NCBI RefSeq assembly: GCF_009914755.1 | Contig: NC_060932.1 | Reading direction: 5' to 3' (one strand) | Source: the human T2T-CHM13v2.0 reference genome, Homo sapiens | Length of the DNA stretch: 64,000 bases | Shown here: positions 29,656 through 46,111 of the stretch, piece by piece | Layout of the letters: every line of letters starts with the position of its first letter | Position numbering within the stretch: the stretch's first letter is position 1 | The notes under the pieces: generated by a model | Seen by the model: the letters and a program-made list of their open reading frames with translations, nothing else | Databases searched by the model: none | Told to the model about the DNA's origin: nothing | Made by a program: the position numbers and the translations under genes

Positions 29656-30842
29656 CTAGGGTCTATTTTTGTATTTAGCAGCTAAATTGGTAACTATAAT
29701 TTAAATAATTTGGATATTTCTTACTCTTATTCCTATAAAAGGGCTGATTCCATTTGGCAAAAAAAAAGATAGAAATAATTTTATATACTTTTTTGGGCTG
29801 TCAGTTTACCTTTTCTGACTCAAAAGTTGCTCGGTGTCTCATACTCTAGGATATGAAGTGAGGGACTCGACAAAGCTATGTTGGAATTGGAACTGAACTG
29901 CCAGTGTTTCATGTATAACCAGTAGTGGTTTTTAACTGTTATTCTCAAGTTCCAAATTTCTGTCCATTTCAGTCTCAACATAGTGGTTAGGTATGTGCTG
30001 AGTTCTGGGCCAAGATATGGATCAGAGCCGTAATTATCATAGATCCTGACATAGAATCAGACAGCTAGGTGTGCAGGTGTGAGGTATGTGTGTGGGAGGT
30101 GATAACTGTTAAATCAAGTGAATTCAGCAGTTGGATATGAAGTTCCCTTCCCTAATTATGGCACAGGGAAATTGTTCTCATTTTCTTATCTCAAATAATA
30201 AAATGTACTCTTTTATCCTAAGGATATTATTCATCAACTTCACAAAAGAATGAGACTTAATGTCTGAATAAGGAAAAATTTTAAAGATGAATTCATTATC
30301 ATTTTAAGTTCAAACTGAAGGAATCTATTGACTAAAGCTACTAGTAAATCCCTTTTGCCTATAATATTTTAAATGTTTTTAACTGTGAAACAACATAAAA
30401 CATTTACTTAAAAATTCCCTATGAATGTTATATAAACAGGATACTATCTACTCAATTCATTTTGAGCACTTATTCTGAACTCAGTATTGTAGGGGAACCA
30501 AAATGAACTAGTGATTCTTGCATAAGTAAAGATACAGATCAGTCATTGTATATAAAGTCCTTAATTATGATAATGTAATTATTTGCATGTTAATAAGCAA
30601 TCACATTAAGATAATAAAAAGCCCACATGCTTGATCAGTCAAACTGAAATGTCTGAATCATTCTTTTATTCATTGAAGTTATTATAGTATATCCTTTTAT
30701 TTTAACTAGCCACAATTTACTAAGTAAAGTTTATATTCTGTGCTAATGTTATTGTAAGAGAATGGGGTGAAGATTGGAAAAGTAAACATTGTGTTTGTGT
30801 AGTAAATGTTTGAATTGATAAATGAATATTTTTGCTTTTCAG

Positions 30843-30973
30843 ATAAAACTATGGTTTGACAAGGTTGGTCACCAATTAATAGTTACAATTTTGGGAGCAA
30901 AAGATCTCCCTTCCAGGGAAGATGGGAGGCCAAGGAATCCTTATGTTAAAATTTACTTTCTTCCAGACAGAAG
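30843..30973 (+). CDS. RIMS2: RIMS2 exon, C2A part 1 (IKLWFDKVGHQ...YFLPDR)
   Basis: ttttcag| ... AAG|gtaagg; 131 nt, phase 0 to 2. Confidence 0.97.
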
Positions 30974-32359
30974 GTAAGGATATAAAACAAAATAAATGTT
31001 CTGGAAAATAAATGAGAAAATGTTCATAGCAATGGGTATTTCAATTCTGTATCATTTATTGGTATCATACTAGTGAGATATGTGAAGTTTAACATAAACG
31101 TGATGTTCTTAGGAAACAAAATAGTGACAGTAAATAAGATTTTTTAAAACTCACATGTCGTATATGTGATTTTGAATATTAATTTTAGGCATGTGTGTAT
31201 TATTTCTTGTATATATTTTCATTATTCAAAATCATTAAAAGTTATGCTTCCTAAAATCAAATTTTTAACACAAATTATAGAATCAAAAAGCTAAAATACT
31301 AGAATTTTTAGTCAAAAATACTAGCTTTTTTAGTAAAAAAGCTAAAAATACTACTAAAAAGTACTCATTTTAATACAATTTCTACTTCCTCTTACCAAGA
31401 TATTATTTCTCTCTATTCTATAAATTTAACAAGTTGTTTTGTATCATCACCTTATATCGTCAAGAAAACTTACCACAAGTCCCAGAATCACCTTCTTCAA
31501 GCATTATTTGTTTTGTGTCTCTTCTAATCAATATAAATGGTATTGTTCTACCCTTATTTTTTTTTCTTTTTGTTCTACCCTGATTTGATTGGAGAAATAT
31601 TTTATCTGAAAACAAATCTAATCACTCTGAATTTCAGGCATATAAAAAATAAAAGAGACTATTCAATAGGCATCATGAAAAAAGAAAGAAGAAATAATAC
31701 CAGTTACCTTTCCCCAATTATCTGTCTGCATCCCTGCCTCCCACGGCAGAGTGCTCTCAAGATCTCTTTATTTTTTCTCAGGTTGAAAGTGGATAGGCAC
31801 AGATGTGATGTTAAATATGTTTATACGCTTTTGGAATCTCATTGATTTAGTTATTTAGTTCAAGTAGAAAGTCAAGGTTGAGTTGGGTACCAAAGTGTCA
31901 CCTGAACAACAATCTCAGCAAAGAAAAGGACAAAAGAATAGACAATGAACAAAGGCTTTGCATTTTATTTGATACATATTTTGAAGTCAAAGCTGTATAT
32001 CAGATTCTTCAGGATATATCAAGATGCCACAACATCAAAAGTTATTAGAAACTGTTTGCTATATAATTTTATCTTATAAAGTTTGATTAAGAAAGCTGTT
32101 TTTAACAATTTAGGTTGTCTTTTGGAGAGAGATACATGTGGAACTATAAGGGAAGAGGTCATCCATAATCATCTATGCTTTTGTGCACATTACTTAAGTT
32201 TCTACTTACTCAAAATTTTGAAGAGAAACATATTTTTAAGACGATTAAAGTCTTGCAAATTACTGAATTTCTTTCGTGACTATTTTTGCTTAGTTTTATT
32301 TTTATGTAACCCCTCTTTCTGTATTCTGACCAGATAGAGCTAAAATGGAAGCTCTTCTA

Positions 32360-33072
<713 letters not shown>

Positions 33073-34113
33073 GAGTAAAAGATGAAATGGAAGCTCTTCT
33101 TAACCAGTCCTTTATATTCCGGATGTAGTATTTTTTATCTTTTGTCAACATCAAGGAATGTGAGAGGCATTTCAGTGTTTCCTTCTCAGATTATTTCTTA
33201 GCTGAGTTCCTTGTTATTTATCAGGAATTTGAAGATTCTTTAGATAAATTTTATAGCTTACTTTATTGATTAGGTTGTGTCAAGGTTTCATCTGTAATAG
33301 TGAAAAGAATTCTCTGCCTAACTCAAAAAGTTACATTATCATCTTAACAATTTTTTATTTGTGGTTGACACAAGTTTTTACACATTAATAAAGGATTGTT
33401 TGTGCTTTTGTTATGAATTATTAATTTTTTTGACAATTTTTTTGAAAGAAATACTTGAACAAGTAAACAGAAAACAATTGATGCCTTTTTATTGATGAGT
33501 CTTTTTAGAGGGGCCAGGGAGACTACATAGAAGAAATCTAGTATAGAATTTCAGTTAAGCCATGTGAAAATTATTTTCTAGGTAATGTACTGTGTACTCT
33601 AAAAAATAACTGGGCTTGTTTTATACTCTTTTTTTGTATCTTGAAGTTAGTTACTAGTTCAAATATATTTCTTCTTCTAATTTTAAGTAAAAACATCAAG
33701 TGTTTGCATGCTGTTACTAAATTACATTTAATGGAAACCAAAGTCCTAGTAACGTGAAAATAAATTTTTAAAAAAGGATTAGGTTGGATTTTATTTTTTA
33801 AAAAAAAGTTAACTACCTTCTTAGCAATTTGATGATTCATTAAAAGATCATTTATTTTATTATAATTAGGCTTTTATTTTAAAATGATCTCTATAGCATG
33901 CTTATTGATCTTAGTGTTTAAATATTTTTAGCAACTTTTCAGTGTTTGACTTATGCAGTATGCTTTGATTCTAAAGGCTTTATTTATACTTCTAGAGAAA
34001 GTAAAACTCATTTTTTTAACTTGCTGAAGATAAGGTTATTTTTCATAGTTCTTTTTGTGAATTGGTGCTTGGGTACATACTAAATTGCCTTATTAAATTG
34101 TAATCATATATAA

Positions 34114-34568
<455 letters not shown>

Positions 34569-36122
34569 AGATAAACCATTCTCGAATTAAATAGCAAGGC
34601 TCTGGTTAAATACTTTCATCCTGGCCTTCGTGGAAGGAACTTTATCTTTTGACAGGGTCTCAGAATTCATTCTTCGTCAATGATATATGAGTAGATGTTA
34701 AATAAATATTTGTTAAAGCTATAAACGAAAGGAGGGAGAGAAAGATCATACATCACAGTCCTTGTTTCAGATAAGTTATTCCCATACACATTATCACTTC
34801 TTTCCATGTATAGAGATAAAATCTCCTACATGGGTTTGCATTGTCATTTTTCTGCCAATGCCTTCGTGGTTAATAAAGCTACATTGCATGTTATCTTTTC
34901 CATGTGTATTAGCAAAATTCATTATTAATTAGTGTATTTAATGTCATCTTTCTGCCATGTTATATATGTGTGCTCTGGAAACATATAATACCTCTTCATC
35001 ATTCAAGTAAAATCTATATTAAACTTAAAATTCCAATGAGAAGAAGTTGCATTACTTCCCAATTTCAGAAACAGTTCTACCCCTTCTTTGTTCTCTCTCC
35101 TCCCTGTTTCCCAAAACTCTTGGAACTGTGTTGTGCTGAGATAATTTGTAGCAGTTGATACTGTTCTAATTGGAGTTTGTCTGTCATTTTAAATAGTTCT
35201 CTTAGGTAGCTTAAATTGTATTTCCTAGAAAATTGTATTCCTATCCAGCCAGTGATCCTGTCTAATAAGCAAGAGTAATGATCTCCAAATAGGTTGGATG
35301 TACCCTAGGTGATATATAGGATAATCCTTTCATGGTCAGGAAGAAATATTTGAATGTTTAAAAATTTTTACTTTATTATTTTTGGTTTCTGTTTTAGTAT
35401 ATTTCCCAATATGGACAATATATTAGTATAACAGTATGGTAACACATGTACAGAGATATACAACGAAAAAGAACATGAAAACCTCTGAGCTGGCAATGCC
35501 ATTTATTGGGATGGTTATCTTGCATTTTCAACCCACATTGTGGTGACTAGCTCACATAGAAATAAATGTACAGTGTTTTAAAATACCAGATGTATGTCAA
35601 ATAAATATGAATTTCTTATATTTAAAAAAGTATCTTTATAAAAAATAAATTATCATTGGTCATTAGCTAGAACTTTATAGATAAGAAGTTGTGAATATCA
35701 CAATTTACTCATCTTTTTGTAACATGACTTCTGTAGTTTAAGTGAATAGTATATGTAATGTTACTGGTTAATTATCATTTAGAAGATTTTCAATAGGGTG
35801 ATATTTTAAAAAAATTATAGAGTTAAGATTCTCAAGTCTGGTTTTATTTAGATTTTGAGAAATATTCAGTTTTCAATAATATGTCATGGAAAAAATTTAA
35901 CATTTATTGAAACATTGCTATTATTGTCATACCTATAAAGTGTGATATAGTATACACCTTAAAATTTTCATAATAATTTTAAAGGTTATAACATTTGCAA
36001 TGTATGATAATTTTATGGTAAAACTTCACCTGACTTGTCTCCTGAGAAATTTTAAATTAAAAAATTTTAGGACAAAACTTATAGTTCTATGTAAGTTCAT
36101 AATTCATTGTTTTTTTCCATAG

Positions 36123-36294
36123 TGATAAAAACAAGAGAAGAACTAAAACAGTAAAGAAAACATTGGAACCCAAATGGAACCAAACATTCATTTATTCTCC
36201 AGTCCACCGAAGAGAATTTCGGGAACGAATGCTAGAGATTACCCTTTGGGATCAAGCTCGTGTTCGAGAGGAAGAAAGTGAATTCTTAGGCGAG
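36123..36294 (+). CDS. RIMS2: RIMS2 exon, C2A part 2 (SDKNKRRTKTVKKTLEPKWNQTF...FLGE)
   Basis: ttccatag| ... GAG|gtatct; 172 nt, phase 2 to 0. Confidence 0.97.
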
Positions 36295-36385
36295 GTATCT
36301 GGAGTTGTTTTAAAGTTTATGCTATTCATGTTATCCTGAATACTTTTATTTATATAACTGTCAGTATAATTTCATTTGTAGAATA

Positions 36386-36842
<457 letters not shown>

Positions 36843-36979
36843 TCAGTTCTTATTTTAGAACTCTCAGTGTTGAATGATAAAAGGTTTGTATTTCACAAAT
36901 ATATTGCTTTGTTTTATAGTGATATGTATATATCTTGGTAGTTTACTGAACAGACTGTACCACTAATAAGTAGTTAAAC

Positions 36980-37730
36980 CATTTATTTATGAATTATTTT
37001 CAAGCCCTACAATGTAACAGGCACTGTGCTATAGACTGAGCGTTCAAAGGTAAATAAGGAGTGTTACTTACTTCAAGGAATTTACAATTCATTGGTGATA
37101 CAGACACATGAATAGCAATTAGAATATAACATGCCAATTGATATGAAGAGGAAAATGCAATAGGAATACGTAATTGCTGTGCAGAGGAGGGCAGGTGGTC
37201 AAAGGAAGTCTTCACAAAGAGAGAGGAATTTAGCAAATTCAAGGGGAGTGAAATTCCTGAAGAGGAAATAAGAAGGCATCAGGGTGAGGAGATCTTGGTC
37301 AATTGCATTGAAATTGGAAGGGAATATGGTAAGAAATGAGGTTTGAGACTTAAACTGAGACCAGGGCATGTCCCTTAATATATAAACAAATTTGGATTTA
37401 TCTGGTCGATAATAGGAACCAATGACTAATAACCAATTATCTCTTTCCCTTCTCTATGGAGTCTTGCTTTGTCACAGTGGCACAGTCATAGCTCACTGCT
37501 GCCTCAAGCTCTTGGGCTCAAGTAATTCTTCTGCCTCAGCTTCCCAAGTAGCTGGGGCTACAGGCACCCACCCCCATGCCCAGCTAATTTTGTTTTTTTG
37601 TAGGGATGGGGTCTCATCATCTTGCCCAGTCTCATATTTTCTTTAAAAAGAAAATGGTTCGATTGTACTTGAGAAAAGTATTTCCAGCTGTAATGTGGAG
37701 AATGATTGAAGAGGGGCAAGATGGGAAGCA
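36980..37730 (-). mobile_element. L2 fragment containing an antisense Alu monomer (~37455-37630)
   Basis: L2 3' motifs (catttatttatgaa...ggcactgtgcta) plus an AluJ/FRAM-like piece. Confidence 0.6.
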
Positions 37731-37788
37731 ATTATCCAGCTATTAGCATGCTAAGTTACTCACTTTCAGCTTTTTTCAGTGTGGTTGG

Positions 37789-40069
37789 TATATTAATTCA
37801 TTTTCACGCTGCTGATAAAGACATACCCGAGACTGGGAAGAAAAAGGGATTTAATGTACTTACAGTTCACATGGCAGAAGGCAAGGAGGAGCAAGTCACG
37901 TCTTACATGGATGGTGGCAGGCAAAGAGAGAGAGAGATTGTGCAGGGGAACTCCTCTTTATAAAACCATCAGATCTCGTGAGATTTATTCACTATGAGGA
38001 GAACAGCATGAGAAAGACCCACCCCCATAATTTGATTACCTCCCACTGGGTCCTTCCCACGACACATGGGAATTGTGGAAATTACAATTCAAGAGGAGAT
38101 TTGGGTGGGGACACAGCCAAACCATATCATTCCATTCTGTCCCCTCCCAAATCTCATGTCGTCACATTTCAAAACCAATCATGCCTTCCCAATAGTCTCC
38201 AAAGTCTTAACTCAGAATTAACTCAAAAGTCCAGAGTCCAGAGTCCAAAGTCCAAAGTCTCATCTGAGACAAGGTAAGTCCTTTCTGCCTATGAGACTGT
38301 GTAATCAAAAGCAAGTTAGTTACTTCCTAGATACAATGGGGGTACACGCATTGGGTAAATACAGCCATTACAAATAGGAGAAATTGCCCAAAACAAAGCC
38401 CCATGCAAGTCTGAAATCCAGTGAGGCTGTCAAATCTTAAAACTCTAAAATAATCTCCTTTGACTCCATGTCTCACATCCAGGTCACGCTGATGCAAGAG
38501 GTGGGTTCCCATGGTCTTGGGCAGCTCTGCCCCTGTGGCTTTGCAGAGTATAACCCCCCTCCTGGCTGCTTTCATGGGCTGGCGCTGAGTGTCTGTTGGT
38601 TTCCCAGGTGCACAGTGCAAGCTGTAGATGGATCTACCATTCTGGGGTCTGGAGGTTGGTGGCCATCTTCTCACAGCTCCACTAGGTGGTGCCCCAGTAG
38701 GGACTCTGTACCGGGGCTCTGACCCCACATTTCCCTTCTGCACTGCCCTAGCAGAGGTTCTCCATGAGAGCCCCACCCCAGCAACAAACTTTTACCTGGA
38801 CATCCAGGCATTTCCATACATCCTCTGAAATCTAGGCAGAGGTTCCCAAATCCCAATTCTTGACTTCTGTGCACCTGCAGGCTCAACACCATGTGGAAGC
38901 TGCCAAGCTTGGGCTTGCACCCTCTGACGCCATGGCCCAAGCTGTAGCTTGGCTCCTTTTTGTCACAGCTGGAGCAACTGGGATGCACATCACCAAGTCC
39001 CTATACTTGGTGTCACAGCACAGGGACCGTGGGGCCAGCCCACAAAACCATTTCTTCTTCCTAGGCCTCCAGGCCTGTGATGGGAGGGGCTGCCGTGAAG
39101 ACCTCTGACATGCCCTGGAGACATTTTCCACATTGCGGATAGGCGATTAACATTTGGCCCCTCATTACTTATGCAAATTTCTGCAGCTGGCTTGAATTTT
39201 TCCTCAGAAAATGGGATTTTCTTTTCTATCGCATTGTCAGGATACAAGTTTTCCAAACTTTTATGCTCTGCTTCCCTTATAAAACTAAATGCCTTTAACA
39301 GAACCCAAGTCACATCTTGAATGCTTTGCTGCTTCAACATTTGTTCCACCAGATAGCCTAAATCATCTCCCTCAAGTTCAAAATTCCACAAATCTCTAGG
39401 GCAGGGGTAAAGTGCCACCAGTCTCTTTGCTAAAACATAACAAGAATCACCTTTGCTGCAGTTCCCAAAAAATTCCTCCTTTCCATATGAGAATAACTCA
39501 GCCTGGACTTTATTGTCCATATAGCTATCAGCATTTTGGGCAAAGTCATTCAACAAGTCTCTAGGAAGTTCCAAACTTTCCTACATTTTCCTGTCTTCTG
39601 AGCCCTCCAAACTGTTCCAACCCCTGCCCATTACCCAGTTCCAAAGCACTTCCACATTTTCAGGTATTTTTTTTAGCAGTGTCTCACTGTACTAGTACCA
39701 ATTTATTGTATTAGTTCGTTTTCATGCTGCTGATAAAGACATTCTTGAGACTGGGAAGAAAAAGAGTTTTAACAGACTTACAGTTCCACATGACTGGGGA
39801 GGCCTCACAGTCATGGTGGAAGGCAAGGAGGAGCAAGTCATGTCTTACATGGATGGCAGCAGGCAAAGAGAGAGAGAACTTGTGCAGGAGAACTCCTCTA
39901 TAAAACAATCAGATCTTGTGAGATTTATTCATTATGATGAGAGCAGCACGAGAAAGACCCACCTCCATTATTCAATTACCTCCCACTGGGTCTCTCCCAT
40001 GACACAAGGGTATTGTGGGAGTTAAAATTCAAGATGAGATTTGGGTGGGAACACAACCAAACTATATCA
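37789..40069 (-). mobile_element. Complete THE1 (THE1C/D-like) MaLR provirus: 5' LTR 39707-40069, internal 38130-39706, 3' LTR 37789-38129
   Basis: Two direct LTR copies (gctgctgataaagacat...aaac(c/t)atatca), ~1.58-kb internal region, MaLR ORF remnant 38990-39574. Confidence 0.95.
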
Positions 40070-40092
40070 GTTTTTTTTTTCTGAGTAAATTA

Positions 40093-40464
<372 letters not shown>

Positions 40465-40499
40465 CTAAAATCCCTTGTGTGACCTTTGGGAGGAAGGGT

Positions 40500-40725
40500 C
40501 ACACAGTTGTTAGGAGCAGAGATTCTGGAGCTAGCTGCCTGGGTTTATATTCCTGGCACTACCACTTCTTAGCCTTGTGTCTTTGAACAAGTTATTTAAC
40601 CCATCTGTGCTTCAGTTTCTTCTTCAGCCAAGTAGGAATAATACTAGTATGCAACTCAGGGTTAATATGAGAATTAAATAAGTGTGTTGTATTGTGTGTT
40701 TGTAATCCTTTCGAACACAGTACCT
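40500..40725 (+). mobile_element. MIR
   Basis: MIR core: cttt.aacaagttatttaacc..tctgtgcttcagtttc. Confidence 0.75.
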
Positions 40726-40772
40726 ATAATTTTGAAAATGACTAGAGAAAATTTAGGAAGAATGAAACAACT

Positions 40773-41080
40773 CCAGGCATGGTGGCTCACACTTGTAATA
40801 CCAATCCTTTGGGAAGCGGAGACAGGGGGATAGCTTGAGACCAGGAGTCCAAGACCAGCCTGGGTAACACAGCAAGAACCCCATGTCTAAAAATAAATAA
40901 AAAAAGAAATTAGCCAGGCATGGTGGTGCATACAGTAGTGCCAGCTACTCAGGAGGCTGAGGTGGGAGAATTGCTTTACCCTAGGAGTTTGAGGCTGCAG
41001 TTAGCTGTGATTGCACCCCTGCACTCCAGCCTGGGTGACATAGCAGGCTGAGACATTTCTGTCTCAAAAACAAAAAATAA
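40773..41080 (+). mobile_element. AluJ
   Basis: gagtttgaggctgcag, gcttgagaccaggag; TSD aagaatgaaa. Confidence 0.9.
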
Positions 41081-41574
41081 AGAATGAAATATTAACTTGG
41101 CTGTATTGCTTCTTTACCTCCCTTAGATAAATAGTAATTTATCTTTATGTGGCAGTTCTTGTAAACACAAAGCACAAACACTGTCACTTGCACAACCTCC
41201 TAAAAAAAATAGACATTCATTTCTACAGACTTACATTTTGGGTAAATTTTAAAAATATTCCTATTATAAAATTTATATTATAATATGGTTCATATTTAAA
41301 ATCCGTTCTTGTTTTTTTCTTTTCTTGTTTTAAATCTTTAGCAGGATAGTATGATAAATACAGAATTTTAAATAAGACAGGCTGATTCAGTTTACACCTC
41401 TTTCACTTACAAGCTGGTGTGACCTTAGACAAGTTCTTTTAACCTTTGTTAGCCTTGGTACTTTTGCTTATGAAAATTAAACAATAAGACGAAGCTAGTA
41501 ATTTTTTAATAATTATGACAGAGAATATGGCACGGTTCTTAATACACAGTAGGCACTTCAATTGTAAGAGTTAA

Positions 41575-41995
41575 TTTTTTTTAACTTTTAAGTTCAGGGA
41601 TACATGTGGAGGTTTGTTACATGGGTAAACATGTTTCATGGGGTTTGTTGTGCAGATTATTTCATTACCGAGGTATTAAGCTTAATACCAATTAGTATTT
41701 TTCCTGATAGTTTCCCTCCTCCTACCCTCTACCCTCCGGTAGGCCCCAGTACGTGTTATTTGCCTCTGTGGGTCCATGTGTTTCTCATCATTTAGCTCCC
41801 ACTTAAAAGTGAGAATGCGTGGTATTTGGTTTTTTGTTCACACATTAGTTTGCTAAGGATAATGGCCTCCAGCTCCATCCATGTCCCTGCAAAGAACATG
41901 ATCTTGTTCTTTTTTATGGCTGCTTAGTATTCCATGGTGTATATGTACCATATTTTCTTTATCCAGTCGTCACTGATGGCCATTTAGGTTGACTC
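41575..41995 (-). mobile_element. L1PA (L1PA13-16-like) 3'-end fragment
   Basis: ttaacttttaagttcaggg...gataatggcctccagctccatccatgtccctgcaaag. Confidence 0.88.
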
Positions 41996-42351
41996 TAAAT
42001 AAAAATGCTTTTTAAATTCTAAAATGATATACAAATATTAGTTATTATTACAGTCATTTAAAATGAAAAGTGTTATTTTTGTAATGGTAAATTTGATAGA
42101 CTCTAGTAGTGGGTAGTCAAGGGTCAACAAAATAAATGTCTTAGATATTTAAAACTATTAAATCACTAAGAAGTTATAAAAGTTTATTTTTTGTCAAGAA
42201 CATATTGACAATTTTGCAACGTCTAAATGACCTTGTTTTTCATGTAATAGCATTACTATTATAATTATTACTACAAAAGTTATAGGACCATTTAACATAA
42301 TTTCTTTATTATTGGTATATTATAACCGTCCTTTGTCTCTTGGGTTTGTAG

Positions 42352-42505
42352 ATTTTAATTGAATTAGAAACAGCATTATTAGATGATGAGCCACATTGGT
42401 ACAAACTTCAGACGCATGATGTCTCTTCATTGCCACTTCCCCACCCTTCTCCATATATGCCACGAAGACAGCTCCATGGAGAGAGCCCAACACGGAGGTT
42501 GCAAA
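42352..42505 (+). CDS. RIMS2: RIMS2 exon, C2A end (ILIELETALLDDEPHWYKLQ...TRRLQ)
   Basis: tttgtag| ... AAA|gtaagt; 154 nt, phase 0 to 1. Confidence 0.97.
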
Positions 42506-45500
42506 GTAAGTTTTACTAAAATTCTTTCATATTTTTATTGTATTTTCCTAATCTTGAGTGATGTATGTGATAAAGAACTTGAAGATATCTTTGTGAATAT
42601 TAATAGTCATTTGTTAGTGTTTCCATAGCTATGAATTGTTTGAAAACAATTGTTTGAAGCTTTTGAATTGTTTGAAACACTAAAATAAGGTTGTACCCAT
42701 AGCATTCACCTATCACAATGTTGAAGTGGTTTATATTTGTATTTTGGATGATATGACACCAAATAAGCATATTTACATTTAAATCTTAGTGCTTAGAATC
42801 CTAAATATAGGAATAAGATGGCTAATATGAGTTTAGCCACATAGTTGTATACACAAAATTATCATTTCCTCCTTTATTATTCTAGGTATTTTATGAATAT
42901 GTAGTATACCAAGTATACTATAGTGGTTGAAACCATGAACTTTAATTCCAGACTACCCTGAGTTTAAATATTAATTCTTACACTTTAGAACTGTATGTCT
43001 TGTGGCAGATCCTCTCTCTATGCCTCACTTTCTTTGTTTATAAAAGGGAAATAGTAATACCTGCATTACAGGGTAGTTATAAGAATTAATTAGTCTCAAT
43101 AATATAAACTGATGTTATTATTACTATTGTTATTATCATCTACCTGCACATTTTGCCCTGGATTTTACAGTCTGAAATATGAAATAGAATTACATCACTC
43201 CATAGATGCTTAAAATAAACTCAGAAATATTTTCCAGATTGAATAATGACATTGTAGGCTTTTCGCCCCTAAAACTCAGGTCATTATTTTTCTAATGAAT
43301 CTACTATTGGAGACTGAGGTGTATGCATACTGTTTTGCATAGTATTCATGGGGTAGTTATATCTTTACGGAGACAGCATGCTCCAGTTTTAGCAACATTT
43401 TGTCAAGTGCTGCAGGACTGATTGACATTAACCAAATTTTAGAAGTATAAATTTATAAACACAAATGCCATGTCATTTATTAATCATGGGAAGTATAGCT
43501 GGTAACTTAACAAATGAGTATTGTGTATATGGATCACACCCTTCTGCTGAATAGAAGAATACATTATATATGTTAGAAGTCTGCTTGATTAGTAGAGAAT
43601 TAGAGGTAAGGATTGATCTTATGGGATACTTAGTAGTCATAGGAAAGCCTAGAGAATTATTTTCACTCCTTTTTAAAATAACCTCTCTAATTACTGGAAT
43701 TTTATTTCCACTTAATACAGTCTTGTACCTTTGGATGGTATTAATTGAGCACTAATTCTACAGTGTCAATGTCTTTCAGCCTCCCCACATAGTAAACACC
43801 CATACACTTCTATTTTCAAATGTCATTACGACATCCTTTGTTGTAATAATTACATTACAATGAATTGTATGTAAATTAATTTTATTCTTTGTGACCATTG
43901 TATCTATTCAGTACTTTCTCTCTGAATTACAGTGTAGGATGGTGGGTTATTACATGATGATTACTACTGTATGTACCAACCTAATATATTTTATGTACTA
44001 ATTCTTAAAGTTTATAGGCTGCTAACACTTGCCAGCATCTTCTTTTCATTCGGGATTGGCCTTCAGTTTTTATTGCAATAGGTAATAGATTGAGGACTCT
44101 GAATACCTGAAACGCTTAAATCTACCAACATTTTTCATTTTTTTCCCCACACTACTTAGGGATAGTGGATATGAGAAACAATGAGATTAGAGTACTGGTT
44201 AGCTGTATGTGTCATGGATTTTCATGGAATTATTATAATTTATCTTGTAGCTTTTAATATTTTCACATCCCCATATGATCTTTCTGGTATTTAGTAATAG
44301 TATTAAACTTACCCATGGGTAATATAATGGCTGCATGTAGTACCATGTCAGTCTTGTCACTATCAACTAACCTCTAATAAATAATTTATTAATGATATGT
44401 AAGCCTGAAGATAAGTAAAAACATGTGCATACACATAAAAGAAAGAAACAAGAACTAGGAAATAACATTTATGAATAGATAGAAAGCTAAAAACAACATT
44501 ACCTTTGGCTAATTAGGCTAATAGGATGTATTAGTCATAATGGAAGGTACAAGTCAGAATATGAATAAATAAATCTACTAATATGTTATAAACTCCTTTG
44601 ATGACAAGAACCTCCTTAAGGGTTTTTCTTCATCCAGTGGATAAATATTGCATTTAATTTTAAGTATATGTATCATATTTCAAAGATCGTGATCATATTT
44701 GATAGAACATACAGATGAACAGTTATCATTAAAAGTGTGTAATTCCCCTTTGGGGAATTACATTGGAATACAATGAACAACTCTATGCCAAAAAGTTAAA
44801 CAACATTACAGAAACTGATCCATAAAAAGCTAAAAATCTGAATAAACCTGTAATAAGTAAAGAAGTTGAATTAATGAATTGATAATGAAAAAATCTTCCC
44901 ACAAAGAAAAACCTAGGCTTCATTCTTGAATTCTTTTAAACCTAAGAAAAGAAACACTAATGTTTCTCAAATTCCTTGATAAGAAAGAGAAAGGGAATAC
45001 CCACCAAATCATTCTATAAGGCCAGTATTTTCCTCATACCAAAGTCAGACAAACACATTAAAAGAAAAGAAAACTACAGACCAATATTCCTCATGAACAT
45101 ACACACAGACATCTTCAACAAACTATTAATAAATCGAATCCAACAGTGTATACAAAAGATTATACACCATAACCAAAAGGGATTTATCCTAGTAATGTAG
45201 AGTTGATTTATTATCCAAAAGTCAATTAATATAATTCAACATATTAACAGAAAAAAGAACAAAAACCACATGAATATATGAAAATATGAAGATAAAGCTT
45301 TGGCAGAATTCAATGCTCATTCACAATTAAAAAAAAAAAAAAGTGAATGGTCATAGAAGAGAACACAGTAGGCCTAGAAGAGAACCCTCCACAAAGTAGG
45401 CATAGAAGAGAACTTTCTGATGAAGACCACCTATGAACACCCTTTAGATGACAAACCGTATTTCATGGTAATAAATGCTTTCCCTCTAATATTGATAACT

Positions 45501-45755
45501 AGGAAAGGATGTCTCTTCTTATCACTTCTATTCAGCAGTGCACTAGAGATTGTAGTTAGGACAGTCAGGCAAGAAAAATACATAAAAGGCATTCAGAATG
45601 GTGAGGGAGAAGAGAGAGAAACTGCCTTTATTCACAGATGACGTGATTCTATATGTAGAAAATTCTAAAGAACCCACACAAAAACTACTAGAACTAATAA
45701 ACAAGGAGAGCAAGGTCCCGAGATACATGAACAATATACTAGAATCTATTCATTA

Positions 45756-46111
<356 letters not shown>

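Noticed and set aside
38990-39574. 194-aa minus-strand ORF, the longest in the track, as a novel gene
   Set aside because: Lies within the THE1 internal region and matches the decayed MaLR ORF; non-ATG start; no sign of domestication visible
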